From an uncultured Elusimicrobiales bacterium (GTDB lineage Bacteria > Elusimicrobiota > Elusimicrobia > Elusimicrobiales > Elusimicrobiaceae): a DNA stretch of 56,161 nt. Every line of letters begins with the position of its first letter. The stretch's first letter is position 1. The stretch covers positions 1-56,161 of the forward strand of contig CALUVA010000001.1 of the NCBI GenBank assembly GCA_944324105.1. Reading direction: 5' to 3'. The translations under genes and the position numbers were made by a program. Positions 1 to 9,619 of this stretch are shown here, piece after piece. Under the pieces are notes generated by a model. The model saw only the letters and a list, made by a program, of their open reading frames with translations, made no database searches and was not told the DNA's origin.

Positions 1-259
1 GCTTGGGTTTTAATAAGGAATACGGTCCGGCCTTTTCTTCTGCAGGCACAACCGGCGCAGTAAAATAAAAAGGCGTACCGTCATAGACATACTTAATATA
101 AATATCATCTTTCCAAAGAAAAGCCTTCTGCGGAGCGGTTTGATGGGTTTCAATGGAATGCATAGCCCGGCGTTCTTGTATGGAAGAAGTAGAACAAGCG
201 CACAGACTTAACGCAAACAACAAGAAAGCAATTTGACGCATCACATGAAAGAAATTCAT
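1..259 (-). CDS. Putative lipoprotein, partial (runs off the left edge); not in the ORF track
   Basis: Manual translation from ATG at 259 gives MNFFHVMRQIAFLLFALSLCACSTSSIQERR...PYSLLKPK, open to base 1; signal peptide with lipobox-like LCAC. Confidence 0.75.
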   Translation of the reverse strand, partial: MNFFHVMRQIAFLLFALSLCACSTSSIQERRAMHSIETHQTAPQKAFLWKDDIYIKYVYDGTPFYFTAPVVPAEEKAGPYSLLKPK

Positions 260-302
260 GCCTTATTGTAGCAAAAAGCACTGTACTTGCTATAATAAAA
301 AC
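260..302. promoter_or_regulatory. Back-to-back divergent extended -10 promoters
   Basis: Plus strand TGcTATAAT at 288-296, 6 nt before ATG 303; minus strand TGcTACAAT at 273-265, 5 nt before ATG 259. Confidence 0.65.
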
Positions 303-1043
303 ATGGAAAAAACATTTAAACACCCGTATTTTAATGAAATTGTCCGCCTGCTGGAGCGTATAGAAAACACCCAGCAGGACGACATGCGCCGTGCGGCACA
401 GGCCGTGGCGGACTGCCTGGAAAAAGGCGGCATTATTCATACCTTTGGCTGCGGACACAGCGGCAGCGCGGCGCTGGAACCGTTTCACCGCAGCGGCTGC
501 TTTGCCGCCGTCAACGCCATATTGGATCCCGGGTTAATGTTCCAGCTGGGGGCGCATACGGGCACGGATTTGGAACGCCTGGAAGGCTATTCCCCCGTTA
601 TTTTCAAACGCCATGACCTGCGCCCGGGTGATGTGCTTTTTGTATTTTCCAACTCCGGCCGCAACCCCGCCGGCGTGGACGCGGTACTGTATGCCAAAGA
701 AAAGGGCGTACTGACCGTCGCCGTCACGGCCGCTTCGGCCCATGCCCAAAGCAAAAGCCGCCATTCCAGCGGCCTGATGCTCAAAGACGCGGCCGACATC
801 GTGCTGGACAACTGCGCCTCTAAAAATGAAACCTGCCTGACGCTGGGCGAATTGGAGCTGGCCCCTATATCCAGCATCGGTGCCTGTGCGGTGCTGCACG
901 GCGTGCTTTATCAGGCGGCGGAAATTTTGGCCGCCAAAGGAGTACCTCCGCCCGTATACCGCAGCAGCAATGCCGCAGGCAATGATGAATACAATACCAA
1001 ACTGGCCGAAAAATACAAAACACGCATCAGACATTTGGACTGA
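303..1043 (+). CDS. SIS (sugar isomerase) domain protein
   Basis: FGCGHS, FSNSGRN and ADIVLDN motifs of SIS_2-type proteins; start moved from 258 to ATG 303 (MEKTFKHP) because the -10 box lies within the upstream extension. Confidence 0.85.
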   Translation: MEKTFKHPYFNEIVRLLERIENTQQDDMRRAAQAVADCLEKGGIIHTFGCGHSGSAALEPFHRSGCFAAVNAILDPGLMFQLGAHTGTDLERLEGYSPVIFKRHDLRPGDVLFVFSNSGRNPAGVDAVLYAKEKGVLTVAVTAASAHAQSKSRHSSGLMLKDAADIVLDNCASKNETCLTLGELELAPISSIGACAVLHGVLYQAAEILAAKGVPPPVYRSSNAAGNDEYNTKLAEKYKTRIRHLD

Positions 1044-1074
1044 AAAACCCCGCGCTCCGGCGCGGTTTTTTATT
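1043..1074 (+). terminator. Rho-independent terminator
   Basis: ccgcgc-tccg-gcgcgg stem followed by tttttt. Confidence 0.75.
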
Positions 1075-1107
1075 TCCCGACGCCGGCGGAAAAATATATT
1101 TTCCCCG

Positions 1108-1135
1108 TTGAAATTTACGAAAAAATAAGTATACT
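1108..1135 (+). promoter_or_regulatory. Sigma70-type promoter candidate
   Basis: TTGAAA-16 nt-TATACT upstream of the OsmC-family gene. Confidence 0.45.
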
Positions 1136-1182
1136 GATAATGAGCCGTTTATTTTTCCGCCGTTTATCCATAAGGAGCCGAA

Positions 1183-1566
1183 ATGAAAATTACCTTTGAA
1201 GGAAATAAAAAGGTGAAAGTCCGCGTCAAAGACTTTGACGTATGGACTGACCAGCCCAAAGAACAGGGCGGGGACGGATCCGCCCCTACGCCGATTGATT
1301 TGTTTTTGGCCTCGCTGGGCAGCTGTTGCGGCGTATTTGTGCTAAACTTCCTCAAACAGCACGCCCTGCCGGAAAACGTCTATCTGACGCTGGACCCCGT
1401 GTGGAACATCAATGAATATGTTATTGATAAAATAAACGTGGTCATTCACGTACCGGCCGGCTTTCCCGAAAAATACGAGAATGCCCTCATAGAAGTGGCC
1501 AAACGCTGTTTGGTGGCGCGCCATGTAAAAGTGGAGCATGACATTACGCTGACGCGTGACGCATAA
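1183..1566 (+). CDS. OsmC/Ohr family protein
   Basis: DQPKEQGGDGSAPTPIDLFLASLGSC and a second Cys in AKRCLV; AAGGAG RBS. Confidence 0.9.
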   Translation: MKITFEGNKKVKVRVKDFDVWTDQPKEQGGDGSAPTPIDLFLASLGSCCGVFVLNFLKQHALPENVYLTLDPVWNINEYVIDKINVVIHVPAGFPEKYENALIEVAKRCLVARHVKVEHDITLTRDA

Positions 1567-1613
1567 TCTCTAAAATATTCCCCGGCAAAGACCGGAGAGT
1601 TTCAACAGATACA

Positions 1614-1643
1614 AAAAATCCCCGCCGAAAAGCGGGGATTTTT
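1614..1643. terminator. Bidirectional intrinsic terminator
   Basis: aaaaatccccgc-cgaaaa-gcggggattttt between convergent genes. Confidence 0.85.
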
Positions 1644-1653
1644 ACGGCTTATT

Positions 1654-2865
1654 TTATTGCAAACATTTTTTAATGGTGGCCGCCAAACGCTTAATACCTT
1701 CCTCTATCTGCTCAAAGGTGGAGAAAGAGAAGTTTAGGCGCATATCGTTGCGGCGGGCGTCGCGCGGCGGGTAAAAATCCACCCCCGCCACATAGGCCAC
1801 CTGCTGTTCCAGCGCGGTTTTTAACATTTCCGTGGTGTCTATTTTTTCCGGCAGTGTCACCCACAGAAAAAGCCCGCCTTCCGGCCGCGTCCATTTTACG
1901 CCCTGCGGCATATACTTTTGGAGCATTTTCAGCATGGCGTCGCGTTTTTGGCGGTACACTTCCACCACTTCGGCCACATGCTTCATCAAATATCCGTCTT
2001 TGAGATACTGCGCTGTGGCCAGCTGCAAAATGGGAGAAGTGCACAAGTCCATGGCCTGTTTGAGTACCACATATTTTTGAATAATCTCCGCCGGAGCCAA
2101 CACATAACCCAGACGGAAACCCGGCACAAATACTTTGGAAAACGTAAACAGCGTAATCACGTTGCCGCGCCCGCCGTCCAGCTTATAAAAAGTCTGCGGG
2201 GCAGTGCCCTCAAAACGCACCTGGCGGTACGGGGAATCTTCCACTACCAGCGTGCCGTATTTTTCGGCCAGTTCCAGGATTTTTATACGCCGCTCCTGCG
2301 GAATGGTCGTACCGCTGGGATTTTGGAAATCGGGCACCATATACATAAATTTGCATTTCCGGCCGGCGGCCTGCAACTCCTTCAGGCGTTTTTCCACGCC
2401 TTCCACCGTTACGCCGAAATCGTCGCTGTCTGCGCCGAACACGTCGGCTCCGGACGCTTCAAACGCCTGCAGTGCCCCCAAATAGGTGGGAGAAGCGGTA
2501 ATAATGGCGTCGCCGCGGTTTAAAAACACGCGCGCGGTCATATCCAGCGCCTGCTGGGAGGCTGACACCACCAGCAGCTGCTCCGGAGCAGCGTCAATAT
2601 CCTCGGTTTCTTTTAACAGTTTCACCAGCTCCGTTTTTAGGGTCATCTGCCCTTCCGTCGTGCCGTACTGCAACGCCTCACGCGGCGAAGTTTTCACCAC
2701 GTTATATAAAATATCCGCCACGGTATCAGACGGGAAAAGAGTCGGATCAGGCAGTCCCCCCGCAAAAGAAATAATTTCCGGACGGGCGGTAATTTTCAGC
2801 AATTCGCGTATGGCCGAAGCCTTGACGGTGCTGGCCGTTTCGGAATACAACTTTTCATAATTCAT
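1654..2865 (-). CDS. PLP-dependent aminotransferase, class I/II (LysN/ARO8-like)
   Basis: SAIRELLK, ISFAGGLPD, PDFQNPSG, EDSPY, TFSK (PLP lysine), PEGGLFLW motifs. Confidence 0.92.
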   Translation of the reverse strand: MNYEKLYSETASTVKASAIRELLKITARPEIISFAGGLPDPTLFPSDTVADILYNVVKTSPREALQYGTTEGQMTLKTELVKLLKETEDIDAAPEQLLVVSASQQALDMTARVFLNRGDAIITASPTYLGALQAFEASGADVFGADSDDFGVTVEGVEKRLKELQAAGRKCKFMYMVPDFQNPSGTTIPQERRIKILELAEKYGTLVVEDSPYRQVRFEGTAPQTFYKLDGGRGNVITLFTFSKVFVPGFRLGYVLAPAEIIQKYVVLKQAMDLCTSPILQLATAQYLKDGYLMKHVAEVVEVYRQKRDAMLKMLQKYMPQGVKWTRPEGGLFLWVTLPEKIDTTEMLKTALEQQVAYVAGVDFYPPRDARRNDMRLNFSFSTFEQIEEGIKRLAATIKKCLQ

Positions 2866-2894
2866 GTTATCTGCTCCTCGGGCCGCTGATACGG

Positions 2895-3728
2895 CTACTT
2901 CAGATATTGGGTTATTTTCAGGCTTAAATCTTTGGACGGCACGGAATGCGTCAGCGCGCCGCTGGAAATCACATCCGGCTTGGCCTCGCAGTAAGCCGCC
3001 AGGTTCGTTTCGTTTACCCCGCCGGATACTTCCACAATGGCACGGCCCGACACCAGTTTGACCGCTTCGGCGGCCTGGGCAGGGGTCATATTGTCCAGCA
3101 TAATAATATCGGCCTTGGCTTCCAGGGCCTGGCGCACTTCGTCCAGCGTTGCGGTTTCCACTTCAATTTTGGGGGTATGGCCTATGGCCGCTTTAATGCG
3201 CGCCACCGCCGCGGCGATAGAACCGGCGGCCGCAATATGGTTGTCTTTAATCATCACGCTGTCGGACAAAGACATGCGGTGATTGCGCGCGCCGCCGCAG
3301 CGTACGGCATATTTATCCAAACGCCGCATGGCGGGCTGGGTTTTGCGCGTATCCACAATCATCACGCCGTAAGGTTTGGCCATATCGGCATAGCGGCGGC
3401 TGGCCGTGGCGATGCCGCTCATGCGCTGCATAAAATTCAATGCGGTACGCTCGCCTTTTAAAATACTTAACGTCCGGCCTTCCAGCTCCAGCACGGTTTC
3501 GCCTTTTTGCACGGCGTCCCCGTCCTGTTTTAAAGGTTTAAAAATTAAATCTTCGTCCACCAGCCAAAACACCTGGCGCGCCACGTCCATGCCGCAAAGC
3601 ACCAAATCTTCTTTGGCTTTCACTACGGCGCGGGCGCGGTCCTGCGGAGTAAAAATATTGTCGGAGGTAATATCCCCCAGTCCCAAATCTTCTTCCAAAG
3701 CCAGCTGTATAATTTTATCGGTAATCAT
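2895..3728 (-). CDS. nadC: Quinolinate phosphoribosyltransferase (nicotinate-nucleotide diphosphorylase)
   Basis: EDLGLGDITS, ERTALN, DTRKT, IKDNH, IMLDNM, SGALTHS motifs. Confidence 0.97.
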   Translation of the reverse strand: MITDKIIQLALEEDLGLGDITSDNIFTPQDRARAVVKAKEDLVLCGMDVARQVFWLVDEDLIFKPLKQDGDAVQKGETVLELEGRTLSILKGERTALNFMQRMSGIATASRRYADMAKPYGVMIVDTRKTQPAMRRLDKYAVRCGGARNHRMSLSDSVMIKDNHIAAAGSIAAAVARIKAAIGHTPKIEVETATLDEVRQALEAKADIIMLDNMTPAQAAEAVKLVSGRAIVEVSGGVNETNLAAYCEAKPDVISSGALTHSVPSKDLSLKITQYLK

Positions 3729-4768
3729 TTTGTCATCTCAAACATATTTTGCAGGGATTTGCGCGCACGGGAGATTACTTCATCAGATAATTGCACAATC
3801 TGTTCCGGGCGCGGGTTGACCAAAGCCTGCAACGTGTTTATCAGCGTATTTTTCTTCATATACGCACATACGCCGAAAGGCCAGATAAACGTTTTGTCCC
3901 TATATTCCGCTTCCAGGCGGTTGACCAAACCAAACTCCGTCAGCAAACCGAACAGTTTGTCCGGCGAAGCGGCCACATAGTCCTGCATGCCCTTGGTACT
4001 GCCCACATAATCGGCCGCAGCACAGACATCGGGACGGCACTCGGGGTGCGCCAACACTTTGATGCCCGGGTGTTTGCGGCGCAGGGAAGCCACATCATCG
4101 GGCGTATATTTATCATGCACACAGCAGGACGCACCGGAAGCAATAATTTTTTTAGGCGCACCGCGGCGGCTGAGTTCTATTTCCAAATTCTGCGCCATCA
4201 GCAAATCCGGCACAAAAATCAATTCCTTCTGCGGCAGTTTGGCCGCAATATCAAACACATTTCCGGAAGTCACGCAAATATCGCTTTCGGCTTTAACGCC
4301 GGCAGTGCTGTTGACGTAACACAAAACGGGCACCCCCGGGTGGGCAGCTTTAAGCGCGCGGACTTCTTCTTCGGTAATGCCGTCTGCCAGCGTACAGCCG
4401 GCGCGGCCGGCGGGGATAATGACCTGTTTGGAAGGATTTAAAATTTTGGCCGTTTCCGCCATAAACCACACACCGGCAAAAATGATGGTATCTGCAGAGG
4501 TTTCTTCGGCTTTACGGCTTAAAGCATAGGAATCGCCGCTGAAATCGGCCACGCCGTACACCAGTTCCGGCACGGTGTAAGAATGGGCCAAAATAACGGC
4601 ATTTTTCTCTTTTTTTACCTGGTTAATACGCAGGGTATAAGGCGCGGCCTGCAGGCAGTCTGCATACGTCCATTTCACATCCTGGTTCCGCGAAACAGAA
4701 CCAAGAAGCCCATAGAGTCTATGGGCTTCCTGTTCCAAAGCAGCGGTGTCTGTACCCTGTACAAACAT
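3725..4768 (-). CDS. nadA: Quinolinate synthase
   Basis: ILAHSY, GDSYAL, FMAETAKILNP, YVNS, AHPEC motifs; three Fe-S ligand regions (AGCTLA, CCVH, CAYMK); overlaps the nadC start. Confidence 0.95.
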   Translation of the reverse strand: MFVQGTDTAALEQEAHRLYGLLGSVSRNQDVKWTYADCLQAAPYTLRINQVKKEKNAVILAHSYTVPELVYGVADFSGDSYALSRKAEETSADTIIFAGVWFMAETAKILNPSKQVIIPAGRAGCTLADGITEEEVRALKAAHPGVPVLCYVNSTAGVKAESDICVTSGNVFDIAAKLPQKELIFVPDLLMAQNLEIELSRRGAPKKIIASGASCCVHDKYTPDDVASLRRKHPGIKVLAHPECRPDVCAAADYVGSTKGMQDYVAASPDKLFGLLTEFGLVNRLEAEYRDKTFIWPFGVCAYMKKNTLINTLQALVNPRPEQIVQLSDEVISRARKSLQNMFEMTK

Positions 4769-4771
4769 AAA

Positions 4772-5170
4772 TTAGTTAGCAGCCTCCGCCAAATCCGCCC
4801 CTTCTTCATCCGGCAGGGCTTCCTGATCCGTTACAGGAGCAGAAGCATCCGCGGGAAGAGGATTTCCTTCTCCGTCCACCACAGTTTTATGCACAGTCAT
4901 ATTGCGGTTAGGCTTGCGGTCAGATTTGCGGGTGGTGCTTTGAATGTAGGAAGAACCGCTGACCTGGTCTTCATACGGAGTTACGCGGTCATACCCGTCG
5001 TTAGGGATAGACAAATTGTCAAACTCCTGGTCCACGATTTGATATTTCGTGTACTGGTCAGTCAGGCTTTCCTGCGTCTGATAATCCTGCGCATTCTGCG
5101 TTTTATCGGAAGAAGAGGCGCAGCCTACGGCCAAGGCCCCGATTGCGGCAAACAATAAAACTTTTTTCAT
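4772..5170 (-). CDS. Hypothetical lipoprotein
   Basis: MKKVLLFAAIGALAVGC lipobox; AAGGAG RBS; acidic low-complexity body. Confidence 0.8.
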   Translation of the reverse strand: MKKVLLFAAIGALAVGCASSSDKTQNAQDYQTQESLTDQYTKYQIVDQEFDNLSIPNDGYDRVTPYEDQVSGSSYIQSTTRKSDRKPNRNMTVHKTVVDGEGNPLPADASAPVTDQEALPDEEGADLAEAAN

Positions 5171-5350
5171 AAAACCCGTCTCCTTAATATGCGGCGTTAG
5201 AGGTCTGTCATTATTGTATAAATTATATCCCGCCGTCTGCCAGTATTTTAATTATTTTTTTATCTTCCTTTCAAGACTTTCTGACGCAGGCCGGTTTTTT
5301 TAGTACAATATTTTTTGTACCCTTTCCAGTTTAACCAAACCGGAGTTACC

Positions 5351-6748
5351 ATGGAAACATTGTTGCAGTATATCAATGTCCTCAACGGATTTATTTGGGG
5401 ACCGCCGATGATTTTGTTAATTTTCGGCCTGGGTATTTATTTCACTTTCCGTCTGGGATTTATTCAAAAATATACATTTAAAGCCATCGTTCTTTCCGTC
5501 CGTCCGGACGGAGGCGCGGGGACCGTCAGCAGCTTCGGTTCACTGGCGGTAATGATAGGGGCCACAGTGGGCACGGGCAGTATTTTAGGTGTTACCACTG
5601 CCGTGGCCGAAGGGGGGCCCGGAGCCGTATTTTGGATGGTTATAGCGGGAGTGTTCAATTTCGCGGTAAAATACTGCGAATGTACCGCCGCCGTCAAATA
5701 CCGTGTCAGACGTGAAGGTGAATATGTAGGCGGCCCCATGTATGTCATGACCCGGGTACTGAAAATGAAATGGCTGGCCATTGTATTTGCCCTGGGCACA
5801 TTGTTTATGGCATTGACAGCCGGAGCCTTGCTGCAGGCCAATTCCATTGCCGATGTACTGCGCGAAGGCTACAGGATTAATCCCTGGTGGGTGGGGTTGC
5901 TGGTAGCTATTTGTACGGGTATTGTTACTTTGGGCGGAGTAAAGCGCATTGCCGCTTATTCGGAATGGCTTGTCCCCGTTATGGGAGCTGTATATTTGTT
6001 AATCTCCCTAATAGTCGTTTCTATTCATCTCCCACAGCTTCCGCAAGCTTTATGGACTATCCTGTCCGGAGCGTTTACCGGCAAAGCCGCCGTCGGAGGC
6101 GCCTTGGGAGCTACGGTATATGCCGTTTTTATGGCTGCTGTAAATGCAATAGGAAGCGGCGTCTCGCGCAGCGTTATGTGTACAGAAGCGGGTCTGGGCA
6201 GTGCGGCTATAGCGGCCTGTGCGGCAAAAACCCACGGAGCTGCGCGTATGGGTATTATTTCGGCTACATCTGTGTTTTGGACGGTATTTATCTGCTTACT
6301 TTCCGGGCTGGTGGTCGTTTTGGCCGGAGATTGGCAAAACCCTGACGTTTATGCTGCTAATCTGTGCAACAGCGCCTTTAAAACTGTACCGTATATAGGC
6401 ACACCTGCTTTAGCCTTTTCATTGATTATTTTCTCGTTTACTACCTTAATCGGGTGGTCCTATTACGGAGAAAAAGCCCTGCAGTTTTTAGGCGGAGGGA
6501 AATGGACGAAACTCTGGCGCGCATTTTATGTGGTGGTTTGTTTGGCAGGGGGAGGACTAGGAACGGCATTTTCTTTAGGCTGGACCATTTCTCCAGACTC
6601 TTTTGAAATCGGCTTGAGTACGCGTTTTAGCTGGGGGCTGACGGTACTGATGATGACGCTGATGACACTGCCAAACCTCTATATGTTGTGGAGGCTGCGG
6701 CACAAATTATACACAGAAACAAAAAGAAATCTCCCCAAGGTATTTTAA
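5351..6748 (+). CDS. Alanine/glycine:cation symporter (AgcS/AlsT family)
   Basis: GATVGTGSILGV, GGPGAVFWM, GGPMY, EAGLGSA, FTTLIGWSYYGE motifs; start at ATG 5351 behind GGAG. Confidence 0.92.
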   Translation: METLLQYINVLNGFIWGPPMILLIFGLGIYFTFRLGFIQKYTFKAIVLSVRPDGGAGTVSSFGSLAVMIGATVGTGSILGVTTAVAEGGPGAVFWMVIAGVFNFAVKYCECTAAVKYRVRREGEYVGGPMYVMTRVLKMKWLAIVFALGTLFMALTAGALLQANSIADVLREGYRINPWWVGLLVAICTGIVTLGGVKRIAAYSEWLVPVMGAVYLLISLIVVSIHLPQLPQALWTILSGAFTGKAAVGGALGATVYAVFMAAVNAIGSGVSRSVMCTEAGLGSAAIAACAAKTHGAARMGIISATSVFWTVFICLLSGLVVVLAGDWQNPDVYAANLCNSAFKTVPYIGTPALAFSLIIFSFTTLIGWSYYGEKALQFLGGGKWTKLWRAFYVVVCLAGGGLGTAFSLGWTISPDSFEIGLSTRFSWGLTVLMMTLMTLPNLYMLWRLRHKLYTETKRNLPKVF

Positions 6749-6782
6749 AGATTCCCCCTGTTATACAGGGGGAATCTTTTTT
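6747..6782. terminator. Bidirectional intrinsic terminator
   Basis: aaagattccccctgt-tat-acagggggaatcttt between convergent genes. Confidence 0.85.
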
Positions 6783-6794
6783 ATTTCAAACTTA

Positions 6795-8069
6795 TTAGGA
6801 ATGCTGTTTATCTGCCCCCAACAGTACGCGGGCCGCCATGCTGACATTGCGTCCGGCGGGTTGCTGGAAAGGATACAAATCAAATTCCGGCATCACGGAA
6901 TACAGATGGTCGAATACATCCGACTGTATATTTTCATACTTTCCCCAGTCCGTAGTTGCCGTAAAACAATAAATTTCTAACGGCAGCCCCGCAGTGGTTG
7001 GATCCAATTGACGCACCATACAGGTTTGACTGTGATCTATGGTGGAAAGGCTGTTTAAATAGGCCACGGCATAGGCCCGAAAGGTACCGACATTGGTCAA
7101 ATGCCGCCCGTTCAAGACACTGTCCTGAATATCATGGGTGGCATTGAAAGCCTGAACTTCACTTATTTTATCTTTCAAATAATCCGATATAAGCCGGATT
7201 TTCTGCAAACGGGCCAACAAATCTGCATCCAGAAATTTAATGGTTCCCACATCAATGTTAATGGCCCGTTTAATACGCCGTGCACCGCTTTGCACCATAC
7301 CGTTCCAGTTTTGGAACGGCTGGGATACCAGATCGTAGGCGGGAATATTAATAATCGTATTGTCAAAGTTCTGCACACGCACGGTTGTCAGAGTAATATC
7401 CGTTACCGTACCGTCTGCTCCGTGAGAAGACATAGTAATCCAGTCCCCTATTTTAAGCAGCTGATTACCGGCCAGCTGTATGCCCGCGGCAAAACCCAAA
7501 ATAGGATCTTTAAAAATCAGCATAAATACCGCACCGGCAGCGGACAACCCCGTAATAACATACATAGGTTTTTTGCTGATTAAAATAGATACCACTACCA
7601 AAGCCGCCAACAGATAGATAATTACACGCCCCACCTGAAACACGCCCCGCAACGGGATGTTGGGATTGCGACCGTACAAATAATCCAGCACATCCAGCAC
7701 GGATACAAATAACATCATAAAACAAGCTACCACATAAATACCCACAACACGCGCCATCATTGCCCCAAGCAAAGCGCCCTCTTCCGGAATAAATACCGTA
7801 TACAAATGAATAGCCAACATGGCAGAAAGAGTATGACCGGCGGAACCTAGAAAACGCGAATGTTTAATCGCTTTCATTAAACGGGGGAAGCGTTTCTCCA
7901 CAAACTCGCTACCAAAAAAACAATGGGCCAGCCACTTAATGAACTTGGCGGCCAAATAAATCAACAGAACAAATAAAATAACGCTCAAAGTTTCTGAAAC
8001 AAAAGAAAGATACTTGTCCGGCAAAAAAGACAGTGCAGAAAGGCCTTTTTCTATCAGTTCGGCAAACAT
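6795..8069 (-). CDS. Mechanosensitive channel, MscS family (YbdG-like)
   Basis: FKDPILGFAAGIQ, IGDWI, GADGTV, VQNFDNT, RRIKR, LTNVGTFRAY, GLPLEIYCF motifs. Confidence 0.93.
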   Translation of the reverse strand: MFAELIEKGLSALSFLPDKYLSFVSETLSVILFVLLIYLAAKFIKWLAHCFFGSEFVEKRFPRLMKAIKHSRFLGSAGHTLSAMLAIHLYTVFIPEEGALLGAMMARVVGIYVVACFMMLFVSVLDVLDYLYGRNPNIPLRGVFQVGRVIIYLLAALVVVSILISKKPMYVITGLSAAGAVFMLIFKDPILGFAAGIQLAGNQLLKIGDWITMSSHGADGTVTDITLTTVRVQNFDNTIINIPAYDLVSQPFQNWNGMVQSGARRIKRAINIDVGTIKFLDADLLARLQKIRLISDYLKDKISEVQAFNATHDIQDSVLNGRHLTNVGTFRAYAVAYLNSLSTIDHSQTCMVRQLDPTTAGLPLEIYCFTATTDWGKYENIQSDVFDHLYSVMPEFDLYPFQQPAGRNVSMAARVLLGADKQHS

Positions 8070-8124
8070 ATTATCCTCCGCAGATCCCGTGTATTTAATG
8101 GGAAAAGTTATTATAATTTAGTGT

Positions 8125-9003
8125 ATGAAAAAATTTCTGATTTTGGCAACGCTGTTTTTAGCTGGCGGCTGTTATGCGCCGCTGAACAATTCCGGTGTTG
8201 CCACCACAAAAGCCTGGCTGGATATCCCGGCCAAAAAAACTGATTTTGAAGGAAAACAGTTTGATTCCTGTTACCAGTTCCGGCTACGTTTCGTACCGGC
8301 AGAGGCTCAGGCTGCGTTGGACTTGCGCGATCTTTGTATAGACAGCTGCTGTTGGCGCAGCGACAAAGACGAAGTCACCCTGGATTTTAACAAAGATTTT
8401 GAACAAAACCTAAAATATTACGGACGGGCCGATAAATATACGCCCGGGAAAATTACCTTAAAGGTTTCCCATTCCAATTTGCTTAATACCACCTCTGTAA
8501 AGGTCAGCCCGCGCGGAGCTATAAGCCGCAACGGAACCATCAAACTCAAACGGGAAACGGTGGAGGATCCCGTCCGCCTGGCTCAGATAGAAAGTCAGGC
8601 ACGGCTGTTGCAAACACGCCGCAACGCCCTTAAAGCCGATGAACGCGCCGCAGAAGCCGAAGAAGCTCTGATTAGTGCATACCGGGATCCGGCTGTTCAG
8701 CGCCGCGCACAGGACCTGGTTCAGAGGACAGAAGGAACACGTATTGACCGTTATTTCTATAATTTAAACAAAGAGTATAACCGACGCGGATATGTATTCT
8801 TAATCAGTGAACGCTTTTACTCAGCCCGACCACTGGGCAATTATATCTACCGTGTAGTATGCAAAGCCCATGTTCAGAGCGGTACAGACGCAGACAGTCT
8901 GCAGAACCGTTCCGTCAGCTGCGGAGTGTGGAAAGCCAATTTATCAGAGACAACAGTATCTCCGTTGGATGGGACGGCACGAAGAATCAGAGCCTTAAAT
9001 TAA
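8125..9003 (+). CDS. Hypothetical lipoprotein
   Basis: MKKFLILATLFLAGGC lipobox; 292-aa ORF ending at a terminator. Confidence 0.8.
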   Translation: MKKFLILATLFLAGGCYAPLNNSGVATTKAWLDIPAKKTDFEGKQFDSCYQFRLRFVPAEAQAALDLRDLCIDSCCWRSDKDEVTLDFNKDFEQNLKYYGRADKYTPGKITLKVSHSNLLNTTSVKVSPRGAISRNGTIKLKRETVEDPVRLAQIESQARLLQTRRNALKADERAAEAEEALISAYRDPAVQRRAQDLVQRTEGTRIDRYFYNLNKEYNRRGYVFLISERFYSARPLGNYIYRVVCKAHVQSGTDADSLQNRSVSCGVWKANLSETTVSPLDGTARRIRALN

Positions 9004-9031
9004 AAAACCCCGGCTTTTGCCGGGGTTTTTT
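9002..9031. terminator. Bidirectional intrinsic terminator
   Basis: aaaaaaccccggc-tttt-gccggggtttttt. Confidence 0.88.
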
Positions 9032-9044
9032 AAACTAACAAATC

Positions 9045-9590
9045 TCAATAAACAGAGTTCCACTCCCGCGTTGTCAGCACAAAGTGTACACGCCGGTTGG
9101 TTTGGCGCCCTTCGACGCTGTTATCCAGCGTCAGCGGTCGGTCCGCTCCATATGAATGAATGCGAATACGGTCTGCCAGCACTCCGCGACTGACCAAGTA
9201 AGATTTCATAGCCGCCGCGCGCGAAGCGCCCAACCAATAGTTATAATCTTTATCTCCCACCACATCGGTATTGCCTTCTATGATCAACTTCATACTCGGA
9301 TGAGTGGTCAGCACAATGGCCAGTTTATCCAAAAACGCATAAGAATAATCGGGCGGACGAATAGAATCAAATTTGTATGTAATATCAGGCAAACGCATAC
9401 TATCGGCCATTTCAGCCGGGGTCTGTTTCATCAGTTTAGCGTTTTTATCGGCTTCAATTTGGATGATCGGGTCCCGTTCCGGCAACCGCGGAATATCAGC
9501 CGCTTCCACTTCGGCGGGTTTATTGGAGGCGCAGGCGGCCAGCAGGGCGGCAGCCGCACACACACTAAAAAATTTAAAAACCTTCATCAT
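9045..9590 (-). CDS. OmpA-family peptidoglycan-binding lipoprotein
   Basis: LAAC lipobox; IEGNTD..G...YN..LG.SRA, YGADRP and NRRV motifs of the OmpA C-terminal domain. Confidence 0.9.
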   Translation of the reverse strand: MMKVFKFFSVCAAAALLAACASNKPAEVEAADIPRLPERDPIIQIEADKNAKLMKQTPAEMADSMRLPDITYKFDSIRPPDYSYAFLDKLAIVLTTHPSMKLIIEGNTDVVGDKDYNYWLGASRAAAMKSYLVSRGVLADRIRIHSYGADRPLTLDNSVEGRQTNRRVHFVLTTREWNSVY

Positions 9591-9619
9591 GAGTTTTTCT
9601 CCTTAGAGTAAACCAGCAT

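Noticed and set aside
150-488. 112-aa minus-strand ORF from the track
   Set aside because: Overlaps the SIS gene antisense and is out of frame with the better lipoprotein ORF starting at 259
5351-6748. Functional link between the alanine symporter and the nearby aminotransferase (alanine-excreting fermentation)
   Set aside because: The genes are divergent and separated by three others; proximity alone does not support a link
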